IMG/VR virus record: IMGVR_UViG_3300026088_000016
Location: 8,251 to 72,250 of that record
Length of the DNA stretch: 64,000 nt
From: a virus
Lineage: Duplodnaviria; Caudoviricetes
Direction: 5' to 3' (one strand)
Shown in pieces: positions 7,931-17,013 of the stretch. The stretch's first letter is position 1. Every line of letters starts with the position of its first letter. The position numbers and the translations under genes were made by a program. The notes under the pieces were generated by a model, which was not told the origin of the DNA, did no database searches, and saw only the letters and a list, made by a program, of their open reading frames with translations.

Positions 7931-8238
7931 TTGTCCCAAATCCATTTAGGTTCGCATTGGCGATGATTCGTGCCACTTTGGCGCTGTTTCGTGGTCCAGT
8001 CATGGTGGACGAGCCGACGCTTACCACGCGCCGGGAGTCTTGCGGCGCCTGCCCGCGGAACGAGAACGGCTGGTGTGCGGAATGCACCTGCCTGATTTCT
8101 CTCAAGACACAATTTTCAACTGAGGAGTGCCCGCTCGGTATCTGGCGAAAGAGGTTGACACCTTGGGGCTTCCTCGCAACTTGGATTACACATGCTAGAC
8201 GATTCAAAGTCCGGTTACAACACCTCCGAATCCGTTAA
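7927..8238 (+). CDS. small Cys-rich (metal-binding) protein
   Basis: CGACP...CAECTC...K...CPLGIW. Confidence 0.65.
   Translation: MIVPNPFRFALAMIRATLALFRGPVMVDEPTLTTRRESCGACPRNENGWCAECTCLISLKTQFSTEECPLGIWRKRLTPWGFLATWITHARRFKVRLQHLRIR
8155..8182 (+). promoter_or_regulatory. promoter for portal operon
   Basis: TTGACA-16-CAACTT, ATG at 8192. Confidence 0.45.
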
Positions 8239-10312
8239 TACCACTGGGGGTATTAACGCTCCGGACTTGTCGCCGGCCGGCAAGCCGCAGCGCCGCGCTC
8301 TTTCGAGCATCTCGCAGATGCGGAATCTGATTTCTTCCCTGAAGACTGCCGCTCGCGAGCGCAACACTCGCAACGCGCGCATCGCGGCGAAATACAACTC
8401 GGAGAAACCGCATCGTCAGGAATCTCTCGAAGCGGATGGTCTCGGTTGGAAAAGCAATTTCACCACGAAGCCGCTGCCGATGCTGATTAACAAAGTCAGC
8501 CCGCGCTTGAAGAAGGCGCTCGACGCGGTCAAGTATCTCACCAACTCCAAACTTCCTGACGAAGTTCCGGGCGCCGCGGAGAAGACCGAAGCCTTCCGCC
8601 GGGAAATTACGACGCTCATTCGCTCACGCCCCGGGTGGAGCGACTTCCTCACCGAAATCAGCATGGAAGACGTGCTGTATGGTTTCGCGGCCGTCGCGTG
8701 GCTTGATGAATTCGGTTGGATGCCCAAATTTTTCCGACAAGACCAGTTCTACGTTCCTACCGGCAACAAGCAGGAAGCAGCCAAGACACAGCTCACCATC
8801 CTGAAGGACAAATATCTCATCCACGAATTGTTCTCGATGGTTGAAGACCGGGAAGCGGCCAAGGCCGCGGGATGGAAAGTCGAGAACACAATTGACGCCA
8901 TCAACAAGGCGATGCCCGACTACCGCCGGAACAAGTCTGATGGTTGGGAACGGGTTTACGAAGACCTGCAACGCGAAGCGAACGTCGGCCTGTCTCACGA
9001 AAACGGCGCGATGGTGATTTGTGTCTGGCACCTCTTCGCTCAAGAAGTGGACGGGAAAGTTTCGCACTACATCCTGACGGATGAGGGCGCTGGCAAGGAC
9101 TCGAAGGAGCTCCTGTTTGAGCGCGAAGACCAGTTTGAATCCATGCCCGACGCGCTGGCCCTTTTCGCGTTCGAGTATGGCAACGGCACGCTCCACGGTT
9201 CCAAGGGAATCGGCCGCGAAGTTTACGCGATGGCGGCGATGCTCGACCGCGCGCGTAACGAAGTTGTGGACCGGATGAATCTTGCCGGCAAGATTATCAT
9301 TCAAGGCGACGACAAAGCGCTTCGCCGGTTCAAGATGTCGATTGTCGGTAACGCCATTCTCATCGGACAGGGCTATCAGGTGACGGAGCGGAAAATCAAT
9401 CCGGACATCGAGTCCTACCTTCAGCTCGACCAATTTCTCACCTCTCTTCTCGACCAGATGGCAGGCGCGGTAACGCCAAAGGCGTTGGAAGGGGAGCGCG
9501 TCACAGCAGCGGCAGTAAATCTCCTCGCGAGTCGGGAAGAAGAGTCCCGGGATACCGTCACAGGCCGGTTTCTCACGCAGTTTGCCACAGCCCAGTCCAC
9601 GATTCAGAAGCGCATCTGCGACCCCAACGTGTCCGATGAGGACGCGAAGGCGTTTCAGAAGAAGATGCTCAACATCATGTCGCGCGAGGAGCTCACGCAG
9701 ATTGCCGGGATGCCGGTTGCGGAGACCGTCGCGGACTACACCACGATTGAGCGCCAGCAGATTGTTGCCATCGCCGCGGAGAACAAGGGCGACCCGCTTT
9801 TCAATCAGAAGGAGCTTCGCCGCCGCTCGATGTCGGCCCAGATTGACGACGAATTCGCGAACTCGGTTCTTCTTCCGGATGAAGACCCAACGATTGTCTC
9901 CGAGCAGACCCGGCTCCAGCAGATGGAAATGCTTTTGATTGCCGGACAGGGAACACAGGTTCCAGTTTCTCCGCGCGACAACCACGTCGTCCATCTTGGA
10001 ATTCTCATGCCGGCGCTCGAACAGGCCGCGCAAGTCACCGCGCAGCAGCCAGACGGTCTCCCGGTTTTGGAAGCCATCCTCGCGCACGCGCAGGCGCACC
10101 TTCAGGGCGCGGAGCAATCCGGCGTTCCCAAGGACCAACTCGCCCCCATCGCCAAAATCATCAACTCACTCGCTCAAGAGCTCCCGAAGTTGAAACAGAT
10201 TGCGGACGCTGAACAGGCCGCGCAACAGGCGCAGCAGCAGGTCCAGCTTGAAGACGCCGCCCATCAGGCCGGCGCCGCCGATGCCGCAGCCGGCAAGCCT
10301 CCACAGATTTAA
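8192..10312 (+). CDS. portal protein
   Basis: 706 aa, mostly helical, Q/A-rich coiled-coil C-terminus as in podovirus portals; lies between terL and scaffold. Confidence 0.72.
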   Translation: MLDDSKSGYNTSESVNTTGGINAPDLSPAGKPQRRALSSISQMRNLISSLKTAARERNTRNARIAAKYNSEKPHRQESLEADGLGWKSNFTTKPLPMLINKVSPRLKKALDAVKYLTNSKLPDEVPGAAEKTEAFRREITTLIRSRPGWSDFLTEISMEDVLYGFAAVAWLDEFGWMPKFFRQDQFYVPTGNKQEAAKTQLTILKDKYLIHELFSMVEDREAAKAAGWKVENTIDAINKAMPDYRRNKSDGWERVYEDLQREANVGLSHENGAMVICVWHLFAQEVDGKVSHYILTDEGAGKDSKELLFEREDQFESMPDALALFAFEYGNGTLHGSKGIGREVYAMAAMLDRARNEVVDRMNLAGKIIIQGDDKALRRFKMSIVGNAILIGQGYQVTERKINPDIESYLQLDQFLTSLLDQMAGAVTPKALEGERVTAAAVNLLASREEESRDTVTGRFLTQFATAQSTIQKRICDPNVSDEDAKAFQKKMLNIMSREELTQIAGMPVAETVADYTTIERQQIVAIAAENKGDPLFNQKELRRRSMSAQIDDEFANSVLLPDEDPTIVSEQTRLQQMEMLLIAGQGTQVPVSPRDNHVVHLGILMPALEQAAQVTAQQPDGLPVLEAILAHAQAHLQGAEQSGVPKDQLAPIAKIINSLAQELPKLKQIADAEQAAQQAQQQVQLEDAAHQAGAADAAAGKPPQI

Positions 10313-10314
10313 TT

Positions 10315-10662
10315 ATGTCCGAACCTACGACCCCCTCTGCACCCAAGGCCGCGCCCTCGAAGCCCCATCCTCACTGGGACTCCGACGACTCGCGTGTCCT
10401 CCGTCTTTTTCTGGAATCCGACTCGGGTAAGCGCGCTCTCGCGTGGCTGAAATACTGGAGGCCGGAACTTCTCGACGGGAGTCATCAGATTAAGACGCTC
10501 GTGCGAAGCGGGCAGGTGAAGGGTTACGACGACGCAGTGGATAATCTCAATTCGCTTGTCCGTGAAAACCCGATTCCGGATGATGGGACCCCTCAGTCAA
10601 TCGAATACCCCAGTCTCGACGACGATTCCAAGTGGACGGACTCCGAGAACGAAAGAAAATAA
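10315..10662 (+). CDS. hypothetical head-module protein
   Basis: Small gene between portal and scaffold. Confidence 0.6.
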   Translation: MSEPTTPSAPKAAPSKPHPHWDSDDSRVLRLFLESDSGKRALAWLKYWRPELLDGSHQIKTLVRSGQVKGYDDAVDNLNSLVRENPIPDDGTPQSIEYPSLDDDSKWTDSENERK

Positions 10663-10665
10663 TTT

Positions 10666-12003
10666 ATGGCAGAAGCTACCACCACCACTGATAATCCTGT
10701 TGCCGATTTGGAAATAAACGGCGAAGGCGAACCGAAGACCGTGAGCAACCCCGATACGGAGTCTGCTCTCAATGACGCTCTACGCGCTGAAGGGTTCAAC
10801 CCCGACGGCTCCCCGTATGAAGCAAAACCGGCGGACATCACTCCGAAGGACAAGAAGGACGAGCCGGTTGTTCCCCCCGCGGCGACGGGCCCCACGGGTC
10901 CGACTGGAGTTTCCGCTGGAATCTCCGCAGGCGCGACTGGTGCCACTGGCGCCCCCGCGGCGACGGGTGCTCCGGCTGACGAATTCGACGCCATCCAGCT
11001 CCCTCCGCACACCAAGCCGAAGACCGATGAGTCCTTCACGAAAGTCAAGACTCTCGCCCGTCAGCGGATTGCTGAGATTGAAAAAGAGCGCGAAGCGCTC
11101 AAGACCAAGCTGGCCGAAGCTGAGAAGCTGGCCAAAGATGGTCTCCCGGTTGAAGCCAAGAAGGAACTCGAAGAGCTGCGGACCTTCCGCAAGCAGATGG
11201 ACGTGGAGGCGGACCCCGAGTTCAAGAAGTTTGACGCGACGGTTTCCTCGAACATTGAGGCGCTGTATTCCAAGCTCGCCGTGAGCGGATTCGAGAAGGC
11301 CACCATTGAGGAAATCAAGAAGATGGGCGGTCCCGCGGAAGTGAACTGGGACAAGCTCCTCGCCGACGGAAAGATTTCGTCCGGCCTGAAGCGCTTCATC
11401 GACGGCAAGCTTTTCGAGAACGATGACCTCGTCGAAAAGAAAAAGCAGGCGATTGATACCGCCAAGAAGAACGCCACGGAGTTTCTCCAAAAGCGCGAAG
11501 CCGAGGTAGCGAAGAGCGCTGACGCTTCTGCCACTGAAGTCCACGAGACGTGGACCAAGGAAATCATCCCCAAGATGGACTGGCTTCGCACGGAGAAAAT
11601 CGACGAGAAGATGACTCCGGAGAAGAAGGAAATCGCGGAGGCGCACAACAAGCTGGTGGCCGACATCGAGTCGGAAATCAAGGAAGCGCTTTCGGACAAC
11701 AGCCCGCGCATGAAGGCGATGTTGACCGCCGGCTACGCGCAGAGCCGAAAACTCCGCTGGGAATTCGACCGGTTGAAATCCGGTTCGGATGCGAAGATTG
11801 CCGCGCTGACCAAGGAGCGTGATGAAGCGAAGTCGCTTATCGAACGCATCAAGAAGGCGTCTCCCGGACGGGTGACAACTTCCGCGCCGCAGAACACGCC
11901 CGCGAAGAAAATCACGGCCTCGTCGCATCTCGCAGTTTCGACGGACCAGCACCTTGATAACCTCTTGGCCGAAGTCGAAGCCGAGAAGGCCGCGAGGGGC
12001 TAA
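10666..12003 (+). CDS. probable scaffolding protein
   Basis: Acidic disordered N-terminus, long K/E coiled coils, upstream of capsid gene. Confidence 0.65.
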   Translation: MAEATTTTDNPVADLEINGEGEPKTVSNPDTESALNDALRAEGFNPDGSPYEAKPADITPKDKKDEPVVPPAATGPTGPTGVSAGISAGATGATGAPAATGAPADEFDAIQLPPHTKPKTDESFTKVKTLARQRIAEIEKEREALKTKLAEAEKLAKDGLPVEAKKELEELRTFRKQMDVEADPEFKKFDATVSSNIEALYSKLAVSGFEKATIEEIKKMGGPAEVNWDKLLADGKISSGLKRFIDGKLFENDDLVEKKKQAIDTAKKNATEFLQKREAEVAKSADASATEVHETWTKEIIPKMDWLRTEKIDEKMTPEKKEIAEAHNKLVADIESEIKEALSDNSPRMKAMLTAGYAQSRKLRWEFDRLKSGSDAKIAALTKERDEAKSLIERIKKASPGRVTTSAPQNTPAKKITASSHLAVSTDQHLDNLLAEVEAEKAARG

Positions 12004-12821
12004 TGGAAATTCCCCCGGAGACCCTCCGGGAGGGCCGAAATGTTTTCGTTGCCCTCCCGTGGTATAAGTCTGCCTCGCCGCTGACGACCTTTTCTCTTCT
12101 GGCGATGGCAGACCGGACCCGCATGGCGTTCGGTCTTGGCTTCGGGGATGCGTTCATCGCGCACTCCCGGAACAAGCTGGCCACTCAATTCGTCAACTCC
12201 ACCTTGGAGTGGATGCTGATGGTGGACGACGACATGGTGTTGCCCTTCGGCGATGCCAACTGGTTCAACGGGACAACTCAGTTCAAGCTCGACGACAAGT
12301 TCGCCGGGCTGCACACCCTCAATCGACTCCTATCTCATGGAAAAACTCTGGTTGGCGCGCTGTATTTTGGTCGTTGGAAGGCGGGCCATCCAGTCTTTGC
12401 CGAGGGCAAGCACATGGAGAAACTACTCCGCTCAGGCGGTCCACGCGATGAAGTTCGCCCTACCCGGTGGGTTGGAACTGGCACTTGCCTTTTCCACCGC
12501 TCGGTTTTTCTGGACGTGGAGCGCGAGTTTCCTCAACTTAGCCGTGAGCAAAATTCGGGAACTGGTCAATGGTTCACCTCCTCCGAGCACGACCTCGACA
12601 AAGCCGTAGCGACCATCATTGAGCGCGGCGAGATTCAGGACATCAAGCAACTCCTGAAGGAACTCGAAGAGGCCCGGCGCCGTTCCGCGGTGAACTCGGT
12701 TCACGGAATCGGCGAGGACGTTCAGTTCTGCACCCGCGCAGTTCAGGCCGGGCACCAGCCGCACGTTGACCTTGGCCTTTGGTGTGGTCACGCCGGCAAC
12801 TGTATCTTCCCACTTCGATGA
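12003..12821 (+). CDS. GT2-like glycosyltransferase
   Basis: IAHSRNKL, LMVDDDMV (DxD), GTGTCLF, GEDVQFC, D...CGH. Confidence 0.8.
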   Translation: MEIPPETLREGRNVFVALPWYKSASPLTTFSLLAMADRTRMAFGLGFGDAFIAHSRNKLATQFVNSTLEWMLMVDDDMVLPFGDANWFNGTTQFKLDDKFAGLHTLNRLLSHGKTLVGALYFGRWKAGHPVFAEGKHMEKLLRSGGPRDEVRPTRWVGTGTCLFHRSVFLDVEREFPQLSREQNSGTGQWFTSSEHDLDKAVATIIERGEIQDIKQLLKELEEARRRSAVNSVHGIGEDVQFCTRAVQAGHQPHVDLGLWCGHAGNCIFPLR

Positions 12822-13555
12822 AAGCCGACCACCGAAAAATTCTGTTGGCTCTTCAGTTCTGGGACGGTGACAAGGCGCAGGCCATGCGCGTGGCCCGGCT
12901 CATCGCGGATTTGGAAACGCGCATGAGCGACCGCGCGGACTTTCTCTTCGTCTCCCGGTTCGACTGCCCGCATGACTTGGATACGATTGGTTACGTCGCG
13001 CGCAAGTTCAAAGTCCGGCACCATGTTTCGCGGAGGCGCGCGACCGGCTGGCCGTTTGGACCGAATGAACTTTGGTTCGAGACGATGCAGTATGCCTACG
13101 AGCACACCATCGACGACAAGCGTATTCCAGAATACAAAGCGGTGCTGACGTTCGAGGCGGACGCGCTCCCGCTCTGTCCAAACTGGATTCCAATGCTCTC
13201 GGATGCGTTCGACCAGAGTCAGCCGGCGTGCATCGTCGGCGCGCTCCTGAAGTATCCCGGGCTTCACGTCAACGGCAACGCTCTCTTTTCCTGCGAGCAG
13301 AATTTTTCTCACTGGATTTCCCGTCAGGTGACGGGCTGCACTCCACACGGCGGATGGGATTACGTGCTGGCGCCGCGGTTCAAAGAGTGGGGCTGGAAAG
13401 ACTGCGCGCTCATGCGCTCGTGGTGGAAAACCCCCACGCTCCAGCGGGAACAATTCGAGCAGCTCCAAGCCCAAGGCGTCGCATTTCTCCACGGCATCAA
13501 GGACGGCTCCGCGCTGGACATGGTCCGGGAGAAGTATCGGTTGACTTCCGTCTGA
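12818..13555 (+). CDS. GT-A-like glycosyltransferase candidate
   Basis: LTFEADALP (ExD at DxD position), HVNGNALF, GGWDY; ATGA-coupled to GT2. Confidence 0.55.
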   Translation: MKADHRKILLALQFWDGDKAQAMRVARLIADLETRMSDRADFLFVSRFDCPHDLDTIGYVARKFKVRHHVSRRRATGWPFGPNELWFETMQYAYEHTIDDKRIPEYKAVLTFEADALPLCPNWIPMLSDAFDQSQPACIVGALLKYPGLHVNGNALFSCEQNFSHWISRQVTGCTPHGGWDYVLAPRFKEWGWKDCALMRSWWKTPTLQREQFEQLQAQGVAFLHGIKDGSALDMVREKYRLTSV

Positions 13556-13717
13556 GGAAGTGGGAGACTGCTTTAGCGGGAAGGTTGGATAGACTACCTT
13601 CATCAGCGACGTGGATTAGTCTCCACTGAGCACCCGGCCACCGGGGATGAAATGGGCCGACCTCCGCTCGGTCGCGGTAGGAGCCCAATAAGCACCGAGC
13701 CGCGGCCACCAATTTAT

Positions 13718-13863
13718 GGCTGACGGGGAGGAAACGCGGTCCCTACTTCGCGAGCGGGGGCACGGATTTCTCGCCCGACGCTCCAAAGGCGAACGCTCTC
13801 TGCGACGGTGGAGAGAACGCTTAGGACTTCGGGAGAAGTGGGTTCGACTCCCACCGCCGGCCA
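13718..13863 (+). ncRNA. tRNA-like structured RNA with expanded body
   Basis: GGCTGACG/CGCCGGCC terminal stem, perfect T arm GTGGG-TTCGACT-CCCAC, internal helices, no canonical anticodon arm. Confidence 0.6.
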
Positions 13864-13876
13864 TTCTCTTTTCTTC

Positions 13877-13904
13877 TTGACGTTCGGTTTCTCCCCCGCA
13901 TATT
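13877..13904 (+). promoter_or_regulatory. promoter for major capsid gene
   Basis: TTGACG-16-CATATT; SD-like GAAAGG before ATG 14082. Confidence 0.55.
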
Positions 13905-14081
13905 GAAGGTGAGACTATTCCCACTGTCTCATGGGACGTTGGAGCCTAAAATCCCTCGGAGGCTCGCGAGGGTGCGGTAAGCCATAAGTGGCTTGTGTAA
14001 CGCCCGTTACACTTAAAACCGGGCATCAACGAAACCCCGAATTCGGCATCTTCGCCGGATTCCAATTAGAAAGGCCATCTT

Positions 14082-15353
14082 ATGGCTGAATGTGTAGCTC
14101 CCGATACGCTGAGTGATATCAGCAAGAAAGACACGAGCCGCCTCGTCGGTTCTGTCGCCAAGGCCCTCGCGGCCAACTCTCCATTTCTGAACATCCTCGA
14201 AGGCGGAACTTTTCCGTCTGGAGTGTCAGATGAAATCCGCAGTTCTGTCCAGATGCAGGCCGCGCCCGGCGATTCTCTCGCCCTGCCGACCTTCGTTTGC
14301 GATACGGACCTCTGCGGCACCGCTGGTCTTCAGGACCTGACGGATTCCGTGGACTTCACGGCCCGCCTCGAATCGAAGCGCGGCAAGGGTCCCCGGATTT
14401 GTATGAAGAAAGGATTTTCTTCCTACAAGACCGCCTACACCGCGGCCGAGGATTCCCTCAAGAAGCTCGTGACCCAATACATCAACGCGGACATCCGCGC
14501 TCAGTTGTATCTGCGTTCCGCTTCCAAGTTCAACGCTGTCGCCAACTACGACTTCGACTCGCTGTTTACCGGCGGCTCTGAGACGGACATCGGCGTCAAG
14601 TTCGCCCCCATCCTCCCCACGGGCGCCGTCAGCTTCAAGGCGATTCATCGCATTGCCCGGCACCTGAAGGAGAATCTGTTCGCCGATATGTTCGACGCGA
14701 ACGGCGAAGGCCAGATGCACTTCCGGTTCATTGGCTCCAGCGACATCATCGAGTCCCTCCGCAATGAGGCCGATGTCAAAGACGTGCTGCTTTCCTTCGT
14801 GAACGGCAGCTACAAGTTCGGCGAAGAGTCCCTCCGGGGCTACTCGTGGGAAACGGCCGGCGCCTACCGCGGTATCGCGTTCGGTGTTGACCAGCGCCCG
14901 CTTCGCGCGACCGGCTTCAACGGCTCCGGCCTGTTGAGCCTCGTGGACCCGCTGACCATCGTCAGCAACGTGAGCAAGAACACGGCGTATGCCAAGCTGA
15001 ACCCCTCGTGGGCCGCGGCTGACTACGAAGTGGCCTTCCTGTTCGCGCAGGGTTCCTTCAAGCGCCTCGTTCCTGAGCGCTATGTTGGTGAAGGCAGCTT
15101 CAAATTCGCGCCCCAGCTTCACATGGGTGAACTGGACTGGCACTACCAGATGGACAACGACTGTAACCAGTGGGGTGACTTCGGCTGGCACAAGTATCAG
15201 ATTACTCGTGCTTACCAGCCGTTCCGTCCTCAGTTCGTCGTTCCCATCCTCTACAAACGCTGCCGCGCCGACCTCGGCCTGAGCGCTTGCACGCCTGACA
15301 GCTCTTCGAGCTACACGGGCAACGACACCTTCACGACTGTCGGAGTGTGCTAA
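14082..15353 (+). CDS. major capsid protein
   Basis: 423 aa, follows scaffold, has own promoter, SD and downstream terminator; strongly C-ending codon bias. Confidence 0.8.
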   Translation: MAECVAPDTLSDISKKDTSRLVGSVAKALAANSPFLNILEGGTFPSGVSDEIRSSVQMQAAPGDSLALPTFVCDTDLCGTAGLQDLTDSVDFTARLESKRGKGPRICMKKGFSSYKTAYTAAEDSLKKLVTQYINADIRAQLYLRSASKFNAVANYDFDSLFTGGSETDIGVKFAPILPTGAVSFKAIHRIARHLKENLFADMFDANGEGQMHFRFIGSSDIIESLRNEADVKDVLLSFVNGSYKFGEESLRGYSWETAGAYRGIAFGVDQRPLRATGFNGSGLLSLVDPLTIVSNVSKNTAYAKLNPSWAAADYEVAFLFAQGSFKRLVPERYVGEGSFKFAPQLHMGELDWHYQMDNDCNQWGDFGWHKYQITRAYQPFRPQFVVPILYKRCRADLGLSACTPDSSSSYTGNDTFTTVGVC

Positions 15354-15379
15354 CCCACACTACCGGTTCGTAGGTAGCG

Positions 15380-15416
15380 GGCCGGGTTCCGTTGCAGAGC
15401 GGGACCCGGCCTTTTT
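15380..15416 (+). terminator. intrinsic terminator after capsid gene
   Basis: GGCCGGGTTCCG-8nt-CGGGACCCGGCC then TTTTT. Confidence 0.85.
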
Positions 15417-15452
15417 GGTTCTCTGCGGTGACGGTCTCTTCTTTTTTCGGAA

Positions 15453-15665
15453 ATGCGCGTTGACTTGAAAGTTTACTCGGCCTCCCTTGTCGGGACCGGA
15501 GCTCCAGTCGTGAATTTGATTTTCGACAATCTCGAACCACTCTTGAAGGCGCTTGTTCTCATGGGACAAGCGGGTGTGGCTTTCGTCACCATCCTTTACA
15601 TTTACTCGAAGTGGAAAAACTCTCGGAAGGGACCGCCGAAAGACAACGACGAGGAGTCTGAATAA
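15453..15665 (+). CDS. small membrane protein, possible holin
   Basis: One hydrophobic helix then highly charged C-terminus. Confidence 0.4.
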   Translation: MRVDLKVYSASLVGTGAPVVNLIFDNLEPLLKALVLMGQAGVAFVTILYIYSKWKNSRKGPPKDNDEESE

Positions 15666-16789
15666 TGTCCTGTTCCACTTGCAGCGGGGATTGCACCTGC
15701 AACCAGAGTATCGACGCCACCAACGGGTGCGCGCCGTGCGGCCAATGTCCCACAAACTCGGCCGATTGCGAAACGCTCCCCAGCGCTCTCCAGAATTTTA
15801 TTGACGCCTTCTTCGGCTCTGTCACCAAGACCGAAATCAATGGCGAAGTCGTCTGGACTCTTCCCTGCTCGCTCGACGTCGGGCTCGAAAACAATCCCCG
15901 CGGCGCCAACGAAGGGCTCGCGTGCTATTTTCTTCGGCTGTTCTCTGACGGCCTGCTTGGGCTCACCGGCCCCAAAGGGGAAACCGGCGACAACGGCGCG
16001 AACGGACGCAACGCCTACACGATTACGACCCAGTCGTTCGTGACTCCCACGGTTTCTTCTCCGAACACGCAGTTCAACGTCATCCCGAATCCGATTCTCG
16101 GTGTCGGGCTCGAAATCTTCATCGAAGGTTGCGGATGGCTGGAAATCACGAGCATTTTTCAGGACCAGACGATTTTTGCGACCCTCATTGCTGCGGTTCC
16201 GGTGCAGGAAGTGACGATTCCCGCGGGACGAGTGGTTCTTCCTACAGGTCCGCGCGGCGCAGGTCTCACGGGCGCGACCGGTCCAACAGGTCCGAAGGGC
16301 GACCAAGGTCTTCAGGGCGTCAAGGGTGACGCAGGCGCATCTGGCGCGACGGGCCCGACTGGTCCATCTGGCGCGACTGCGACCAGCTCGAATTCTGTCG
16401 TCTCTGTCACGGGCGGGTCTGACTACACGATGACGGCATCCTACGCGAAGCTCGACTTCGGTGTGGTGGACTTGGAAATCACTTTGCCGGCTATCGGGGA
16501 ATATCTTGTTTTGATTTCTCTGGAGATGCTGAACAACTCGGGCGCGCACCGTCAGTGGACTTTCAAGCTTTTCAACTTCACGACGACTGCGGACGTTGCG
16601 GAGAGCGAGACCCAGCACTGTCTTCTCGACGCGACCGGGACCGTTATCGAACAGCGCACCATCTGGGCGCGCGTGGTGACGACCACGGTAAACAACGTCA
16701 TTCAAGTTTACACCAAATCTTCTGCGGCGACGGCGACCCAGACGATTTACCAACTCAATTCTCGAATTGCTTACATCCGGCTTTCGTGA
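15665..16789 (+). CDS. collagen-like fibre protein with Cys-rich N-terminus
   Basis: Two G-X-Y tracts, beta-rich C-terminal head. Confidence 0.7.
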   Translation: MSCSTCSGDCTCNQSIDATNGCAPCGQCPTNSADCETLPSALQNFIDAFFGSVTKTEINGEVVWTLPCSLDVGLENNPRGANEGLACYFLRLFSDGLLGLTGPKGETGDNGANGRNAYTITTQSFVTPTVSSPNTQFNVIPNPILGVGLEIFIEGCGWLEITSIFQDQTIFATLIAAVPVQEVTIPAGRVVLPTGPRGAGLTGATGPTGPKGDQGLQGVKGDAGASGATGPTGPSGATATSSNSVVSVTGGSDYTMTASYAKLDFGVVDLEITLPAIGEYLVLISLEMLNNSGAHRQWTFKLFNFTTTADVAESETQHCLLDATGTVIEQRTIWARVVTTTVNNVIQVYTKSSAATATQTIYQLNSRIAYIRLS

Positions 16790-17013
16790 ACCATACTCTC
16801 CCAAAAATCCGTGACACCGCTGGTGATTTTGCTTCTCCTTGCTGTCCTCGACCTGAAGGGACGAAAGAGCTCCACAAATACCCGCGCACATTGCCCGCGC
16901 GACCCTTCGACCAAGACACGGTTGACGTGCTTCTTGACGAAGACGGAGTCCCAATCCTCGACGAGCAAACCGGCACAACGATAATCGACGACCTCAGGTT
17001 CATCAATGGCTAA
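16786..17013 (+). CDS. small fibre-associated protein
   Basis: GTGA overlap start; C-terminal [12 protein letters not shown] motif. Confidence 0.45.
   Translation: MNHTLPKIRDTAGDFASPCCPRPEGTKELHKYPRTLPARPFDQDTVDVLLDEDGVPILDEQTGTTIIDDLRFING

Noticed and set aside
13650-13705. HDV-like/theta ribozyme (GACC-TCCGCTC-GGTC resembles P3/L3)
   Set aside because: No convincing P1 partner and no catalytic C in a J4/2 position. The spacers after the three tRNAs also failed this test.
13718-13863. tmRNA or tRNA-Sec
   Set aside because: No G3-U70, no tag ORF, too short for tmRNA; no UCA anticodon arm and body too long for tRNA-Sec.
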